From Enterococcus mediterraneensis (lineage in GTDB: Bacteria > Bacillota > Bacilli > Lactobacillales > Enterococcaceae): a stretch of 24,000 nt of DNA. The notes beneath the pieces are model-generated. The model did not search any database and was not told the DNA's origin. It was given only the letters and a program-made list of their open reading frames with translations. This document shows, piece after piece, positions 13,731-22,502 of this stretch. The position numbers and the translations under genes were made by a program. The stretch's first letter is position 1. Every line of letters begins with the position of its first letter. Location: the NCBI RefSeq assembly GCF_900604485.1, contig NZ_UWOP01000001.1, forward strand, positions 1,544,369-1,568,368, given 5' to 3'.

Positions 13731-14815
13731 AAAGAAATCTAGGTGTTTCTGTGTACCCAGACCACAGTGATATGGAGAAAGACAAAGCCTATTTGTCCCT
13801 AGCAAAAAAATATGGTTTCAGCCGAATCTTCATGAGTATGCTGGAAGTAACAGATGGCAAAGAAGCAGTGAAAAAAAAGTTTAAGGAACTGATTTTTTTC
13901 GCTAAGGATCTTGGTTATAAGACGATTTTAGATGTGGCACCAAATATTTTTTCAGAGTTGGGGATTTCTTATGATGATCTAACTTTCTTTCATGAACTGG
14001 GAGCAGACGGGATTCGTTTGGATCTTGGCTTTGATGGCAATAAAGAAGCCATGCTGACCTATAACCCTTATGGCTTGGCGGTAGAATTAAACATGAGTAA
14101 CGATGTTGCTTATTTGGATAATATTTTGACTTATCAAGCCAATACGCCATTTCTTTACGGGTGTCATAACTTTTATCCGCAAGAAGGAACAGCACTGCCA
14201 TATGGATTTTTTGAAAAATGCAGTCAGCGTTTTAAAAAGCAAGGAATACGAACAGCAGCGTTTATTACTTCCCAATCTGGAAAAATCGGTCCTTGGGATA
14301 TCAACGATGGGTTGCCAACTTTGGAAATGCACCGACATTTGCCAGTGGAAGCTGCGGCAAAACATTTATTTGCTACAAATTTGATTGACGACGTAATTAT
14401 TGGAAACGCTTATGCTTCTGAAGAAGAATTGAAAGCATTAGGAACGATAGATCGTTATCAAACCGAATTTACCATTGAATTTGTTGAAGAAGCAAACTCT
14501 GTCGAAAAAGCCATCGTTTTGAATGAACAACATTTTCGCAGAGGTGATATTACGGATCAGGTGATTCGTTCAACAGAGGTCCGTAAAAAATATAAAAATC
14601 AAGAAAATGCCCCACATGATAATGAGAAGGAATTTCAAGTAGGAGATGTGGTAATCGGAAACGATCAGTTCGGCAAATACAAAAATGAACTGCAAATCGT
14701 ACTTGTTCCTCATCGTGATCCTCGGAAAAACAAGGTCGGACAAATTACAAAAAATGAATTGATTTTGCTACCTTTTATCCACCCATGGACAAAATTTAAA
14801 TTTACAGAGAAGTAG
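13727..14815 (+). CDS. DUF871-family protein (family of MupG 6-phospho-N-acetylmuramidase): putative 6-phospho-glycosidase
   Basis: N-terminus MKRNLGVSVYPDHSDMEKDKAYLSLAKKYGFSRIFMSMLEV matches the pattern I know for DUF871 proteins. Length is about 360 aa. It sits next to a PTS EIIC, as is typical for the family. Confidence 0.8.
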   Translation: MKRNLGVSVYPDHSDMEKDKAYLSLAKKYGFSRIFMSMLEVTDGKEAVKKKFKELIFFAKDLGYKTILDVAPNIFSELGISYDDLTFFHELGADGIRLDLGFDGNKEAMLTYNPYGLAVELNMSNDVAYLDNILTYQANTPFLYGCHNFYPQEGTALPYGFFEKCSQRFKKQGIRTAAFITSQSGKIGPWDINDGLPTLEMHRHLPVEAAAKHLFATNLIDDVIIGNAYASEEELKALGTIDRYQTEFTIEFVEEANSVEKAIVLNEQHFRRGDITDQVIRSTEVRKKYKNQENAPHDNEKEFQVGDVVIGNDQFGKYKNELQIVLVPHRDPRKNKVGQITKNELILLPFIHPWTKFKFTEK

Positions 14816-14823
14816 GAATGAAT

Positions 14824-15930
14824 ATGTTAGACTTAATTATACGTAATGCTAAAGAATTGAATCAGGAACCTGTGGAAATCGGTATTTTAGATGGAAAAAT
14901 CCAGCAGATTTCTTCAAAAATCTCTGAAGAAGCAAAAGAGGAAGTTACGCTTTCTGACACGCAGTACCTCTCCGCCGGCTGGATCGACGATCACGTCCAT
15001 TGCTATGAAAAGATGAACCTGTATTATGATTATCCAGATAAGATCGGTGTGTCTAAAGGTGTGACCACAGTGATCGATGCCGGAACGACAGGGGCGGAAA
15101 ATATCGGTGATTTTTATCACATCACTCGGGATAAGAAGACCAATGTCTTTGCGCTATTGAATATCTCTAAATGGGGGATCGTGGAGCAAGATGAACTGGC
15201 TGATTTGACGAAAATCAAGGAAGAAAAAGTAGCACAAGCACTAAGAGATTATCCAGATTTCATCGTAGGGATCAAAGCTCGGATGAGCAAATCTGTTGTT
15301 GGGGAAAATGGGATCACACCGTTAGAACTGGCGAAAAAGATCCAATCGGACAACGAACACCTGCCACTGATGGTGCATATCGGCTCTGCACCACCAGAAT
15401 TGTCTGAAGTACTGGCAAAAATGGAGGCAGGAGATGTCTTGACTCATTGTTTCAATGGTAAAGAAAACGGCATTTTGGATCACGAAACAGATAAGATCAA
15501 AGAGGTTGCTTGGGACGCTTATCGCAAAGGGGTAGTCTTCGATATCGGTCATGGAACCGACAGCTTCAATTTTCACGTAGCAGAAACAGCCTTAAAAGAA
15601 GGAATGAAAGCCCGTTCCATCAGTACAGATATCTACGTGCGCAATCGCAACAATGGACCTGTATTCGATCTGGCCACTACGATGGAAAAATTGCATGTAG
15701 TTGGCTACTCTTGGGAAGAGATTCTCACAAAAGTTACCGCAACACCTGCTGAAAACTTTCATTTAACGACAAAGGGGCAGCTTCAACCAGGATTTGATGC
15801 TGATATCACCATCTTCGAATTGGTGGATGAGGATAAAGAACTGACAGATTCGAATGGCTTTACCCGTGTGACTCATCAACAAATCAAACCGATCAAAACG
15901 ATTATTGGAGGCGTCATTTATGACAATTAG
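14824..15930 (+). CDS. Amidohydrolase/deacetylase-family metallohydrolase
   Basis: Metal-binding GWIDDHVHC (HxH) follows a beta-sandwich-like N-terminus (LDLIIRNAKEL...GILDGKI). ATG 14824 has better SD spacing (AGGA) than the tracked ATG 14818. Either start is possible. Confidence 0.85.
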   Translation: MLDLIIRNAKELNQEPVEIGILDGKIQQISSKISEEAKEEVTLSDTQYLSAGWIDDHVHCYEKMNLYYDYPDKIGVSKGVTTVIDAGTTGAENIGDFYHITRDKKTNVFALLNISKWGIVEQDELADLTKIKEEKVAQALRDYPDFIVGIKARMSKSVVGENGITPLELAKKIQSDNEHLPLMVHIGSAPPELSEVLAKMEAGDVLTHCFNGKENGILDHETDKIKEVAWDAYRKGVVFDIGHGTDSFNFHVAETALKEGMKARSISTDIYVRNRNNGPVFDLATTMEKLHVVGYSWEEILTKVTATPAENFHLTTKGQLQPGFDADITIFELVDEDKELTDSNGFTRVTHQQIKPIKTIIGGVIYDN

Positions 15931-17011
15931 TTATGAAAAATTCGGCTTGAAGGAAGTCATCAATGCTTCCGGACGAATGACGATCTTAGGCGTTTCAAAA
16001 GTTTCGGAAAATGTGTTGGCAGCGCAACGTTTTGGCGGTGAACATTTTTTTGAAATGAGCGAATTGGCGATCAAAACCGGTGCTTATTTAGCTGAACTGC
16101 TCCATGTAGAAGATACGCAGATCGTTTCTTCTGCATCAGCTGGGATCGCTCAGTCTGTGGCGGCATTGATCGGACAAGGAGATCTGTATCATTTGTACCA
16201 TCCTTACGCATCAAGATTTCAAAAACGAGAAATCGTTTTGCCTAAAGGACACAATGTCGATTATGGAACTCCCGTTGAGGTCATGGTGAACCTTGGAGGC
16301 GGGCAAGTGGTGGAAGCCGGCTACGCCAATATGTGCGGGCCAGAGCATCTTGAACAAGTGATCACGGAACAGACCGCGGCTATTTTATATATCAAGAGCC
16401 ATCACACTGTTCAAAAAAGCATGCTGACGGTAGCGGAAGCCGCAGAAGTTGCCAAGAAACATCAATTACCGTTGATCGTAGATGCGGCAGCGGAAGAAGA
16501 TCTGTTCCGTTACATCGAAGCCGGAGCGGATCTGGTGATTTATTCCGGTGCCAAAGCGATCGAAGGGCCAAGTGCTGGTCTGGTCATCGGGAAAAAAGAA
16601 TACGTCGAATGGGTCCGTCTTCAAAGCAAAGGGATCGGTCGGGCGATGAAGATCGGCAAAGATAACATCCTTGGATTTACACAAGCGGTGGAGGACTATT
16701 TGCATCATGGGAGTGAAGACGGCGACTCTATGAAAGCACGTTTGGCACCTTTTGTGACGGCTTTAAATGAGATCTCAGGAATCACTGCCGCTATCGTCCA
16801 AGATGGAGCAGGCCGGGATATCTACCGTGCCAGTGTCAAAGTGACAGGAACCAAAACAGCAAAGGAAGTCATTAACGAGTTGAAGGCTGAAGATCCAGCG
16901 ATCTATACACGGGAATATCAAGCAAACAACGGAATCATCGAATTCGATATCCGTTCTGTCAATCAGGAAGAAATGGAAAAAATCACGAAACGATTACAAG
17001 AAATCATGTAG
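15920..17011 (+). CDS. SelA-like PLP-dependent enzyme, DgaE family (D-glucosaminate-6-phosphate ammonia-lyase-like)
   Basis: INASGRMTILGVS N-terminus and the PLP-lysine motif YSGAKAIEGPSAG. ATG 15920 follows GGAGG (15907-15911) and overlaps the upstream stop by 11 nt. Confidence 0.8.
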   Translation: MTISYEKFGLKEVINASGRMTILGVSKVSENVLAAQRFGGEHFFEMSELAIKTGAYLAELLHVEDTQIVSSASAGIAQSVAALIGQGDLYHLYHPYASRFQKREIVLPKGHNVDYGTPVEVMVNLGGGQVVEAGYANMCGPEHLEQVITEQTAAILYIKSHHTVQKSMLTVAEAAEVAKKHQLPLIVDAAAEEDLFRYIEAGADLVIYSGAKAIEGPSAGLVIGKKEYVEWVRLQSKGIGRAMKIGKDNILGFTQAVEDYLHHGSEDGDSMKARLAPFVTALNEISGITAAIVQDGAGRDIYRASVKVTGTKTAKEVINELKAEDPAIYTREYQANNGIIEFDIRSVNQEEMEKITKRLQEIM

Positions 17012-17024
17012 AGGAGTAGAAAAA

Positions 17025-17765
17025 ATGACATTGACACCTAATTATTTAGAAGATCGGATTTGCTTGAATGTTTTAGCAAATTCTGTAGAAAATGCGAAAG
17101 CATGTTACGAAGCGGCAGAAGGACATGTCGTATTGGGGGTATTGTCCAAAAACTATGACAGCGACGAAGCAGCGATCGAAGACATGAAAAAATATCAGGA
17201 GGCAACCAATAACGCATTATCGGTAGGGTTAGGAGCAGGTGATCCTAATCAAAGCCAAATGGTTTCCCGGATCTCAGGTGTCTTGCAACCGCAACATGTG
17301 AATCAAGTCTTTACCGGTGTAGGAACTTCCCGAGCATTATTAGGACAAAACGAAACCATCATCAACGGGTTGGTCTCACCAACAGGCAAAGTCGGCTATG
17401 TCAATATCGCTACAGGACCGTTGAGCTCTGATGCACCAGAAGCCGTAGTGCCTATCGAAACAGCGATCAAATTGTTAAAAGACATGGGAGGCAGCTCTAT
17501 CAAATATTTCCCAATGAAAGGCTTGGCTCATAAAGAAGAATACCAAGCAGTAGCTGAGGCTTGCGGGAAATATGATTTTTATTTGGAACCAACTGGCGGG
17601 ATCGATTTATCCAACTTTGAAGAAATCGTACAAATCGCTGTAGATGCCGGCGTGAAAAAAATCATTCCTCATGTATACAGCTCGATCATCGATAAAGAGA
17701 CAGGAGACACGAAAGTCGAAGACGTCAAAGCGTTACTGGATATGATGAAAAATACCTTGAAATAA
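17025..17765 (+). CDS. KDGP-aldolase family protein (DgaF-like 2-dehydro-3-deoxy-phosphogluconate aldolase)
   Basis: 246 aa, immediately downstream of the DgaE-like gene as in the Salmonella dgaEF pair. The sequence pattern (LGAGDPNQ..., YFPMKGL, LEPTGGIDL) matches my recollection of this family. The call rests partly on context. Confidence 0.7.
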   Translation: MTLTPNYLEDRICLNVLANSVENAKACYEAAEGHVVLGVLSKNYDSDEAAIEDMKKYQEATNNALSVGLGAGDPNQSQMVSRISGVLQPQHVNQVFTGVGTSRALLGQNETIINGLVSPTGKVGYVNIATGPLSSDAPEAVVPIETAIKLLKDMGGSSIKYFPMKGLAHKEEYQAVAEACGKYDFYLEPTGGIDLSNFEEIVQIAVDAGVKKIIPHVYSSIIDKETGDTKVEDVKALLDMMKNTLK

Positions 17766-17777
17766 AAAGGAGAGCTT

Positions 17778-18788
17778 ATGAAGATTGGGGCATTTGGCGA
17801 AGTTATGCTGCGACTAACGACGCCAGAACATTTATTATTGGAACAAACCCATCATTTGCGAATGGATTTTACCGGAACAGGGGTCAACTTAGTAGCAAAT
17901 CTTGCTTGTTTTGGCTTATCCAGCGCTCTTTTGACAGCGTTGCCGGATAATCGTTTAGGAGACGCCGCTCAAGCCAATTTAAAGAGTCTCGGGATTGATA
18001 CGCAGTTTGTGGTACGGCAGCATCAGCACATGGGATCATATTTTGCAGAGATGGGATTTGGTCCGCGTCCGACGCAAGTGACTTATCAAAACCGCGTCAA
18101 CAGCTCTTTTGGTCTGTCGAAGGCGGCAGATTATGACTTTGCGGCTTTTGCTGCAGCAACGGATCTGATCCACATTTGCGGGATCTCACTCAGTTTGACG
18201 GAAAAAACGGCTGAAGCAGCACTTCAGCTGGCAAAAACAGTTCATGAGCAAGGGAAAAAAGTCTGCTTTGATTTCAATTTCCGTCCCAGCTTGAATCAGG
18301 AAGAAGGCAAAAAAGAACAGATGAAAACTCGCTATGAAGCGATTCTGCCTTACTGTTCCATCGTCTTCGGTTCGATTCGTGATCTGACGGATCTGCTGCA
18401 AAGAGCGGATCGTCAAATGCTAAAGACACCGCAAGATGAGGTCAGTGTCATCCAAGCATTTATGAAAGAGTACGGCATCGAATGGTTCGCTGGGACTACT
18501 CGTCTGGTAAACGAACAGAAACAGATCAGCGGCTATTTGGTGGCCTCTGATGCGGCTTTTCAAACAGACCCTCAGCCTTTGACGGTGTTGGATCGAATCG
18601 GTGCCGGTGATGCGTATGCAGCAGGAGTCTTGCTGGGGTATGCGGAAAACTGGTCGATCGAACGAACTGCAAACTTTGCGCTGGCGAATTCTCTATTGGC
18701 CCACACTATCCAAGGGGATGTACCGCTGACCACCCGTCAACAAGTAGAGCGATTGTTGACAGATCCTCATACGGATTTGATTCGCTGA
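17778..18788 (+). CDS. PfkB-family sugar/sugar-acid kinase (2-dehydro-3-deoxygluconokinase-like)
   Basis: N-terminus FGEVMLRL..., C-terminal PfkB signature DRIGAGDAYAAG. SD is AAGGAGAG. Length is 336 aa. Confidence 0.85.
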   Translation: MKIGAFGEVMLRLTTPEHLLLEQTHHLRMDFTGTGVNLVANLACFGLSSALLTALPDNRLGDAAQANLKSLGIDTQFVVRQHQHMGSYFAEMGFGPRPTQVTYQNRVNSSFGLSKAADYDFAAFAAATDLIHICGISLSLTEKTAEAALQLAKTVHEQGKKVCFDFNFRPSLNQEEGKKEQMKTRYEAILPYCSIVFGSIRDLTDLLQRADRQMLKTPQDEVSVIQAFMKEYGIEWFAGTTRLVNEQKQISGYLVASDAAFQTDPQPLTVLDRIGAGDAYAAGVLLGYAENWSIERTANFALANSLLAHTIQGDVPLTTRQQVERLLTDPHTDLIR

Positions 18789-18810
18789 AAAAGAATCAAC
18801 AAATAAAAAT

Positions 18811-18860
18811 GCTCCGACAAATTCTGCCTGATAAAGACAGAGTTTGTCGGAGCGTTTTTT
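18811..18860. terminator. Bidirectional intrinsic terminator between the convergent kinase gene and histidine-kinase gene
   Basis: GCTCCGACAAA (18811-18821) pairs with TTTGTCGGAGC (18843-18853). A T-run lies at 18855-18860 and an A/T-run at 18801-18810 on the other side. Confidence 0.8.
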
Positions 18861-18876
18861 GGCTTGATGACGTTTT

Positions 18877-20193
18877 TTAAACCACAGCTTTTGGCAGACG
18901 AATCTGGAAGACGACTCCTCGCGGCTGCCAGTCATGAACGGTGATCTTGCCTTTATGTTCTGTTACGATCTGTTTGGCGATTGCCAGACCTAAACCGTAA
19001 CCGCCAGTCTCTTTGGAACGAGAGCGGTCTTCGCGATAGAATCGCTCGAAGATCTGCTTCTTATCGCTGTCGCTGATGGAAGGCCCGGTGTTTTTGACTT
19101 CGATCAGCCAAGCATCGTTGATGATCTCAGAGTGCAGTAAGATCGTATCTTTTTTGTCGGTATATTTCAGTGCGTTATCTAAAAGGATGACCAAGACCTG
19201 ATGCAATTTTTTTTCGTCAGCTGAAACAGTTCGATCCGCCAGATTTTCCAAAACAAATTGTTTCTCTTCCATTTCTGCGATTTCCTGGAACGGTTTGACC
19301 AATTGCTGGATGAAGTCATTTGGTGTGATCTCGTTTTTTTCGATGATCAGCTGATTGGAATCACTGCGGGCGATGGTCAGCAGATCACTGGTAAGACCCG
19401 TTAGTCGGCGGGTTTCATTCAACGCCTGGGCGATCGTTTCCGATTCTTCTAAAATCGTGCGGTCCGGTCGCGTAAAAAGCCGCTGCAAGCTGTTTTGGAT
19501 GATCGTCAACGGGGTACGCAGTTCATGAGACGCATTTTCCACAAATTCCTGTTGTTTTTGCCAAGCTGCCCAGATCGGCCGCATATTCATTTTTGAAATA
19601 TAGTAGCTCAGTGCGATGGACAGCAGCCAGAAAATCACCATACAGATCACCAAAATCGAACGGAAGGTAGCCATAGAAGAGGCGATCTGGTCGGTATTCG
19701 CTAAAATCTGGATATAAGCGATCTGACTGTCAGCAACATTGGCTTTGATAGTGATGGATCGAAAATTGATTGCGGTGTTATCCTGATCGCCTTTGATCGC
19801 TACCGGGGTGATTTTTTGCAGATTATTTGTATCAAGTGTAAGAGTCTGCAGCTCATTGAAACGTCCGCCTAATGCATCTTTATTCAATATCTCGCCGTCT
19901 TGTGACCACAAAACGATCTGGGTATTGAAACGATTGCCAAGCTGTTTAGCAGAGGGTGAGTTAGTATCAGGCTGTTTTAAAAAGGGATCATTTTGCTGGA
20001 AACGAGCGATTTCCATTTGTAAAAGGTGCTGATCCTGTGTCATTTCCGTCAAAGAAAGATCGGTCTGTCGATACGCCGACTGGTTCAATAGTTGCAAAAT
20101 GATAAAACCTAATAATAGAAACACGATCGCAAAGGCACTGACATTGATCCCGAAAAAATACCAGCGCTGTTTTTTTGACAGTTCTTGATTCAT
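18877..20193 (-). CDS. Sensor histidine kinase (2 TM with extracytoplasmic loop, HAMP, HisKA, HATPase_c)
   Basis: H-box [10 protein letters not shown]-box LLDNALKYT and G-boxes NTGPSI and [14 protein letters not shown]. Two hydrophobic segments flank a loop of about 140 aa. Confidence 0.95.
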   Translation of the reverse strand: MNQELSKKQRWYFFGINVSAFAIVFLLLGFIILQLLNQSAYRQTDLSLTEMTQDQHLLQMEIARFQQNDPFLKQPDTNSPSAKQLGNRFNTQIVLWSQDGEILNKDALGGRFNELQTLTLDTNNLQKITPVAIKGDQDNTAINFRSITIKANVADSQIAYIQILANTDQIASSMATFRSILVICMVIFWLLSIALSYYISKMNMRPIWAAWQKQQEFVENASHELRTPLTIIQNSLQRLFTRPDRTILEESETIAQALNETRRLTGLTSDLLTIARSDSNQLIIEKNEITPNDFIQQLVKPFQEIAEMEEKQFVLENLADRTVSADEKKLHQVLVILLDNALKYTDKKDTILLHSEIINDAWLIEVKNTGPSISDSDKKQIFERFYREDRSRSKETGGYGLGLAIAKQIVTEHKGKITVHDWQPRGVVFQIRLPKAVV

Positions 20194-20873
20194 ACCTGCT
20201 CCTGTTCTTGCAAAATGTAGCCGACATTTCGCAATGTTTTGAAAGCCTGATCCATGCCGCTGGGTTTCAAATGTTTCCGCAGATGGCTCATATAGACTTC
20301 AACGACTGTGATAGTAGTTTCGGAATCAAAACCCCAGATACGATCGAAAATCTGTTCTTTTGTCAGAATGACGCCTTTGTTTTGGATAAAATACAGCAGC
20401 AATTCAAATTCTTTTCCTTGGATCGGCAAACTCTCTCCTTGATAGAGAACTTGATTATTGGCAAGGTTGCAGGAAATCGTTCCAAAGTTCACGGAATTTT
20501 CATCGTATAAGCCCAAGGAACGTTTCAAAAGCGCTTTGACCCGCAAAATCAATTCTTCTCGATAAAAAGGTTTCGTCAAATAGTCATCGGCACCTTTTTC
20601 AAAGCCCTCGATCTTATCTTCTAAACTGTCTTTGGCAGTTAAAATCAAAACCGGTGTCATGATTTTCTTCTGTCGTAATTCTGCCAGTAGTTGATAGCCG
20701 TTTTTCTCCGGCAGCATCAAATCTAAAAGTATCAAATCATAAATACCGCTTTCTGCTTCAAATAACCCTTCTGCACCATCATAGACCTGAACCACCTCGC
20801 CCAAGTCGGAAATGATTTCTTTGATATTGTCTGAGAGGATCTGTTCGTCCTCTACAACTAAAAATTTGATCAT
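20190..20873 (-). CDS. OmpR/PhoB-family response regulator
   Basis: [10 protein letters not shown]..., phospho-acceptor context [10 protein letters not shown] and a C-terminal winged helix ([12 protein letters not shown]). I placed the start at 20873 behind GAGAGGTGA. The stop overlaps the kinase start (ATGA). Confidence 0.95.
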   Translation of the reverse strand: MIKFLVVEDEQILSDNIKEIISDLGEVVQVYDGAEGLFEAESGIYDLILLDLMLPEKNGYQLLAELRQKKIMTPVLILTAKDSLEDKIEGFEKGADDYLTKPFYREELILRVKALLKRSLGLYDENSVNFGTISCNLANNQVLYQGESLPIQGKEFELLLYFIQNKGVILTKEQIFDRIWGFDSETTITVVEVYMSHLRKHLKPSGMDQAFKTLRNVGYILQEQEQV

Positions 20874-20945
20874 GGTCTTCACCTCTCGCTTATCATACCA
20901 TTTATACCATAAACAAAGCTTAAAGATGCAGTCGAAAATTATCAC

Positions 20946-20981
20946 CTGTTTTAAGGTTTGCTTAAGGCTGGCTGTTTAAGC
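20946..20981 (+). promoter_or_regulatory. Direct-repeat boxes in the divergent intergenic region (candidate response-regulator binding site)
   Basis: TTAAGG at 20951 and 20962 (11-bp phasing), and TTAAGC at 20976. The longer repeats are CTGTTTTAAGG (20946-20956) and CTGTTTAAGC (20972-20981). They lie 25-60 nt upstream of the permease ATG. Confidence 0.4.
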
Positions 20982-21006
20982 TTTCAGCAAATGAGGAGGG
21001 ACCATC

Positions 21007-22491
21007 ATGAATTTTTTTAAACGGGCAATGCAAAGCCTTTGGGCAAAAAAAGGTCGCAGTTTGCTGTTGATCGCAGTTTTTGCCGCTATTTTAGTTTTTG
21101 TCTTAGCGGGTTTGACGATCCGCAGCGCGGCAGAGACATCTGTCGAAAATGCCAAGAAAAGTGTAGGCGCAACGGTGACACTTTCCGCGAATCGACAAGC
21201 GATGTTCAATAAAAAGACAGAAAGTGATTCTGAGCAAACAAGCAGCTCTGAAGAAACTCGACCGGATCCCGGCAGTTTTTCTCTGACACCGGTCAATTTA
21301 ACGGATGCTGAAAAAATCGCCGCATTAGCTGGCGTAAAGTCGTATTCTTTTGAAACCAGCGCTTCGGCGGATCAAAGTACTGGTGCAGAACCAATCTCCA
21401 GCGAAGATACCAGCTCTGAATCAGAGGAAACAGAAGGAATGGGCGGACCTGGCGGCAAGATGCAAATGCAAAGCCAAGGGGATTTCCAAATCAAAGGTGT
21501 GTCCAATAGTGAAGATTACAGTGATTTTTCTTCTGGTACGGCAAAACTGATCGACGGGACAGCCATTACAACAGAAGATGAAGGATCTGCCAATGTATTG
21601 ATCGAAAAAGCGTTGGCTGAAGCAAATGAATTAGCAGTAGGTGATACTTTCAAAATCAAAAACAGCGATGACGAAGATGTCGAAGTGACGATCAAAGGGA
21701 TTTATGAAACCAGCGAGACTGGCGACAGCATGGGAATGCGATTTAATTTTATGAACCCTGCCAATACGATCATCGCTTCTTATACCTTTGCTAACAGTTT
21801 GAATGGCGACGATTCTGCCGATACGATCGATTCAGCTGTATATACATTAGAAGATCCGAAAGATATGGAGGACTTTGTTGCAAAAGCTGAAAAACTGATC
21901 GATAAAGAAACATTCAGTCTGCAAACCAATGATCAAATGTATCAGCAAATGCTGCAGCCATTGAACAATGTCGCAAGTTTTGCGAAAAATATCGTGCTGC
22001 TGGTAGCGGCGGCCGGTGTGATCATCTTGACATTGATCGTTATGATGTCGATCCGCGAACGAAAATATGAGATCGGCGTGTTGCTTTCATTAGGTGAAGC
22101 AAGAGCAAAAGTTATCGGACAATTTTTCGTAGAAATCGTCGTCTGCATGATCATCGCGTTAGGGATCGCTGGGGTCAGCGGCAATCTGGTGGGCAATGCA
22201 GTGGGCAATCAGCTATTGTCTCAACAAAGTACGTCTGCTCAAACAGCAGAGGGACAAAATGGACCAGGAGGCCAAGGAATGCCAGGTGCTCAAGGTGAAC
22301 GGGGTCAAGGCAGGGTTGGCAAGATGGCGAATTTGACTGCCAGTCAAGAAGTGAAGGACTTGAACATTTCCGTTAAACCAATGGAGATCGTCAGTCTTGC
22401 CGGTATCGGTCTAGGCATCAGCATGTTTTCAATCTTACTTTCATCAGCTGGCATCTTACGGCTGAATCCGAAAAAAATATTGATTTCTTAG
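21007..22491 (+). CDS. ABC transporter permease, MacB/FtsX type (single FtsX domain with a large extracytoplasmic domain)
   Basis: An N-terminal TM is followed by an external domain of about 290 aa and three C-terminal TMs (SIRERKYEIGVLLSLGE is FtsX-like). It contains low-complexity inserts. SD is GAGGAGGG. Confidence 0.9.
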   Translation: MNFFKRAMQSLWAKKGRSLLLIAVFAAILVFVLAGLTIRSAAETSVENAKKSVGATVTLSANRQAMFNKKTESDSEQTSSSEETRPDPGSFSLTPVNLTDAEKIAALAGVKSYSFETSASADQSTGAEPISSEDTSSESEETEGMGGPGGKMQMQSQGDFQIKGVSNSEDYSDFSSGTAKLIDGTAITTEDEGSANVLIEKALAEANELAVGDTFKIKNSDDEDVEVTIKGIYETSETGDSMGMRFNFMNPANTIIASYTFANSLNGDDSADTIDSAVYTLEDPKDMEDFVAKAEKLIDKETFSLQTNDQMYQQMLQPLNNVASFAKNIVLLVAAAGVIILTLIVMMSIRERKYEIGVLLSLGEARAKVIGQFFVEIVVCMIIALGIAGVSGNLVGNAVGNQLLSQQSTSAQTAEGQNGPGGQGMPGAQGERGQGRVGKMANLTASQEVKDLNISVKPMEIVSLAGIGLGISMFSILLSSAGILRLNPKKILIS

Positions 22492-22502
22492 GAGGGATTT
22501 TC

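Noticed and set aside
9123-17011. Possible selenium metabolism, because GrdB-like and SelA-like proteins occur in the same window
   Set aside because: The GrdB-like ORF stops long before the selenocysteine region and has no in-frame TGA. The SelA-like protein is short (363 aa) and sits next to a DgaF-type aldolase, which fits the DgaE ammonia-lyase subgroup rather than selenocysteine synthase. No selB, selD, tRNA-Sec or SECIS-like hairpin is seen.
20976-21296. 106-aa minus-strand ORF across the start of the ABC permease gene
   Set aside because: It overlaps the permease CDS and its SD. No ribosome-binding site or motif supports it. The intergenic part is better explained as the divergent control region.
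21838-21845. Fourth copy of the GTATATAC operator core
   Set aside because: It lies inside the ABC permease CDS and lacks the flanking A/T symmetry. A single chance occurrence of a palindromic 8-mer in 24 kb is plausible.
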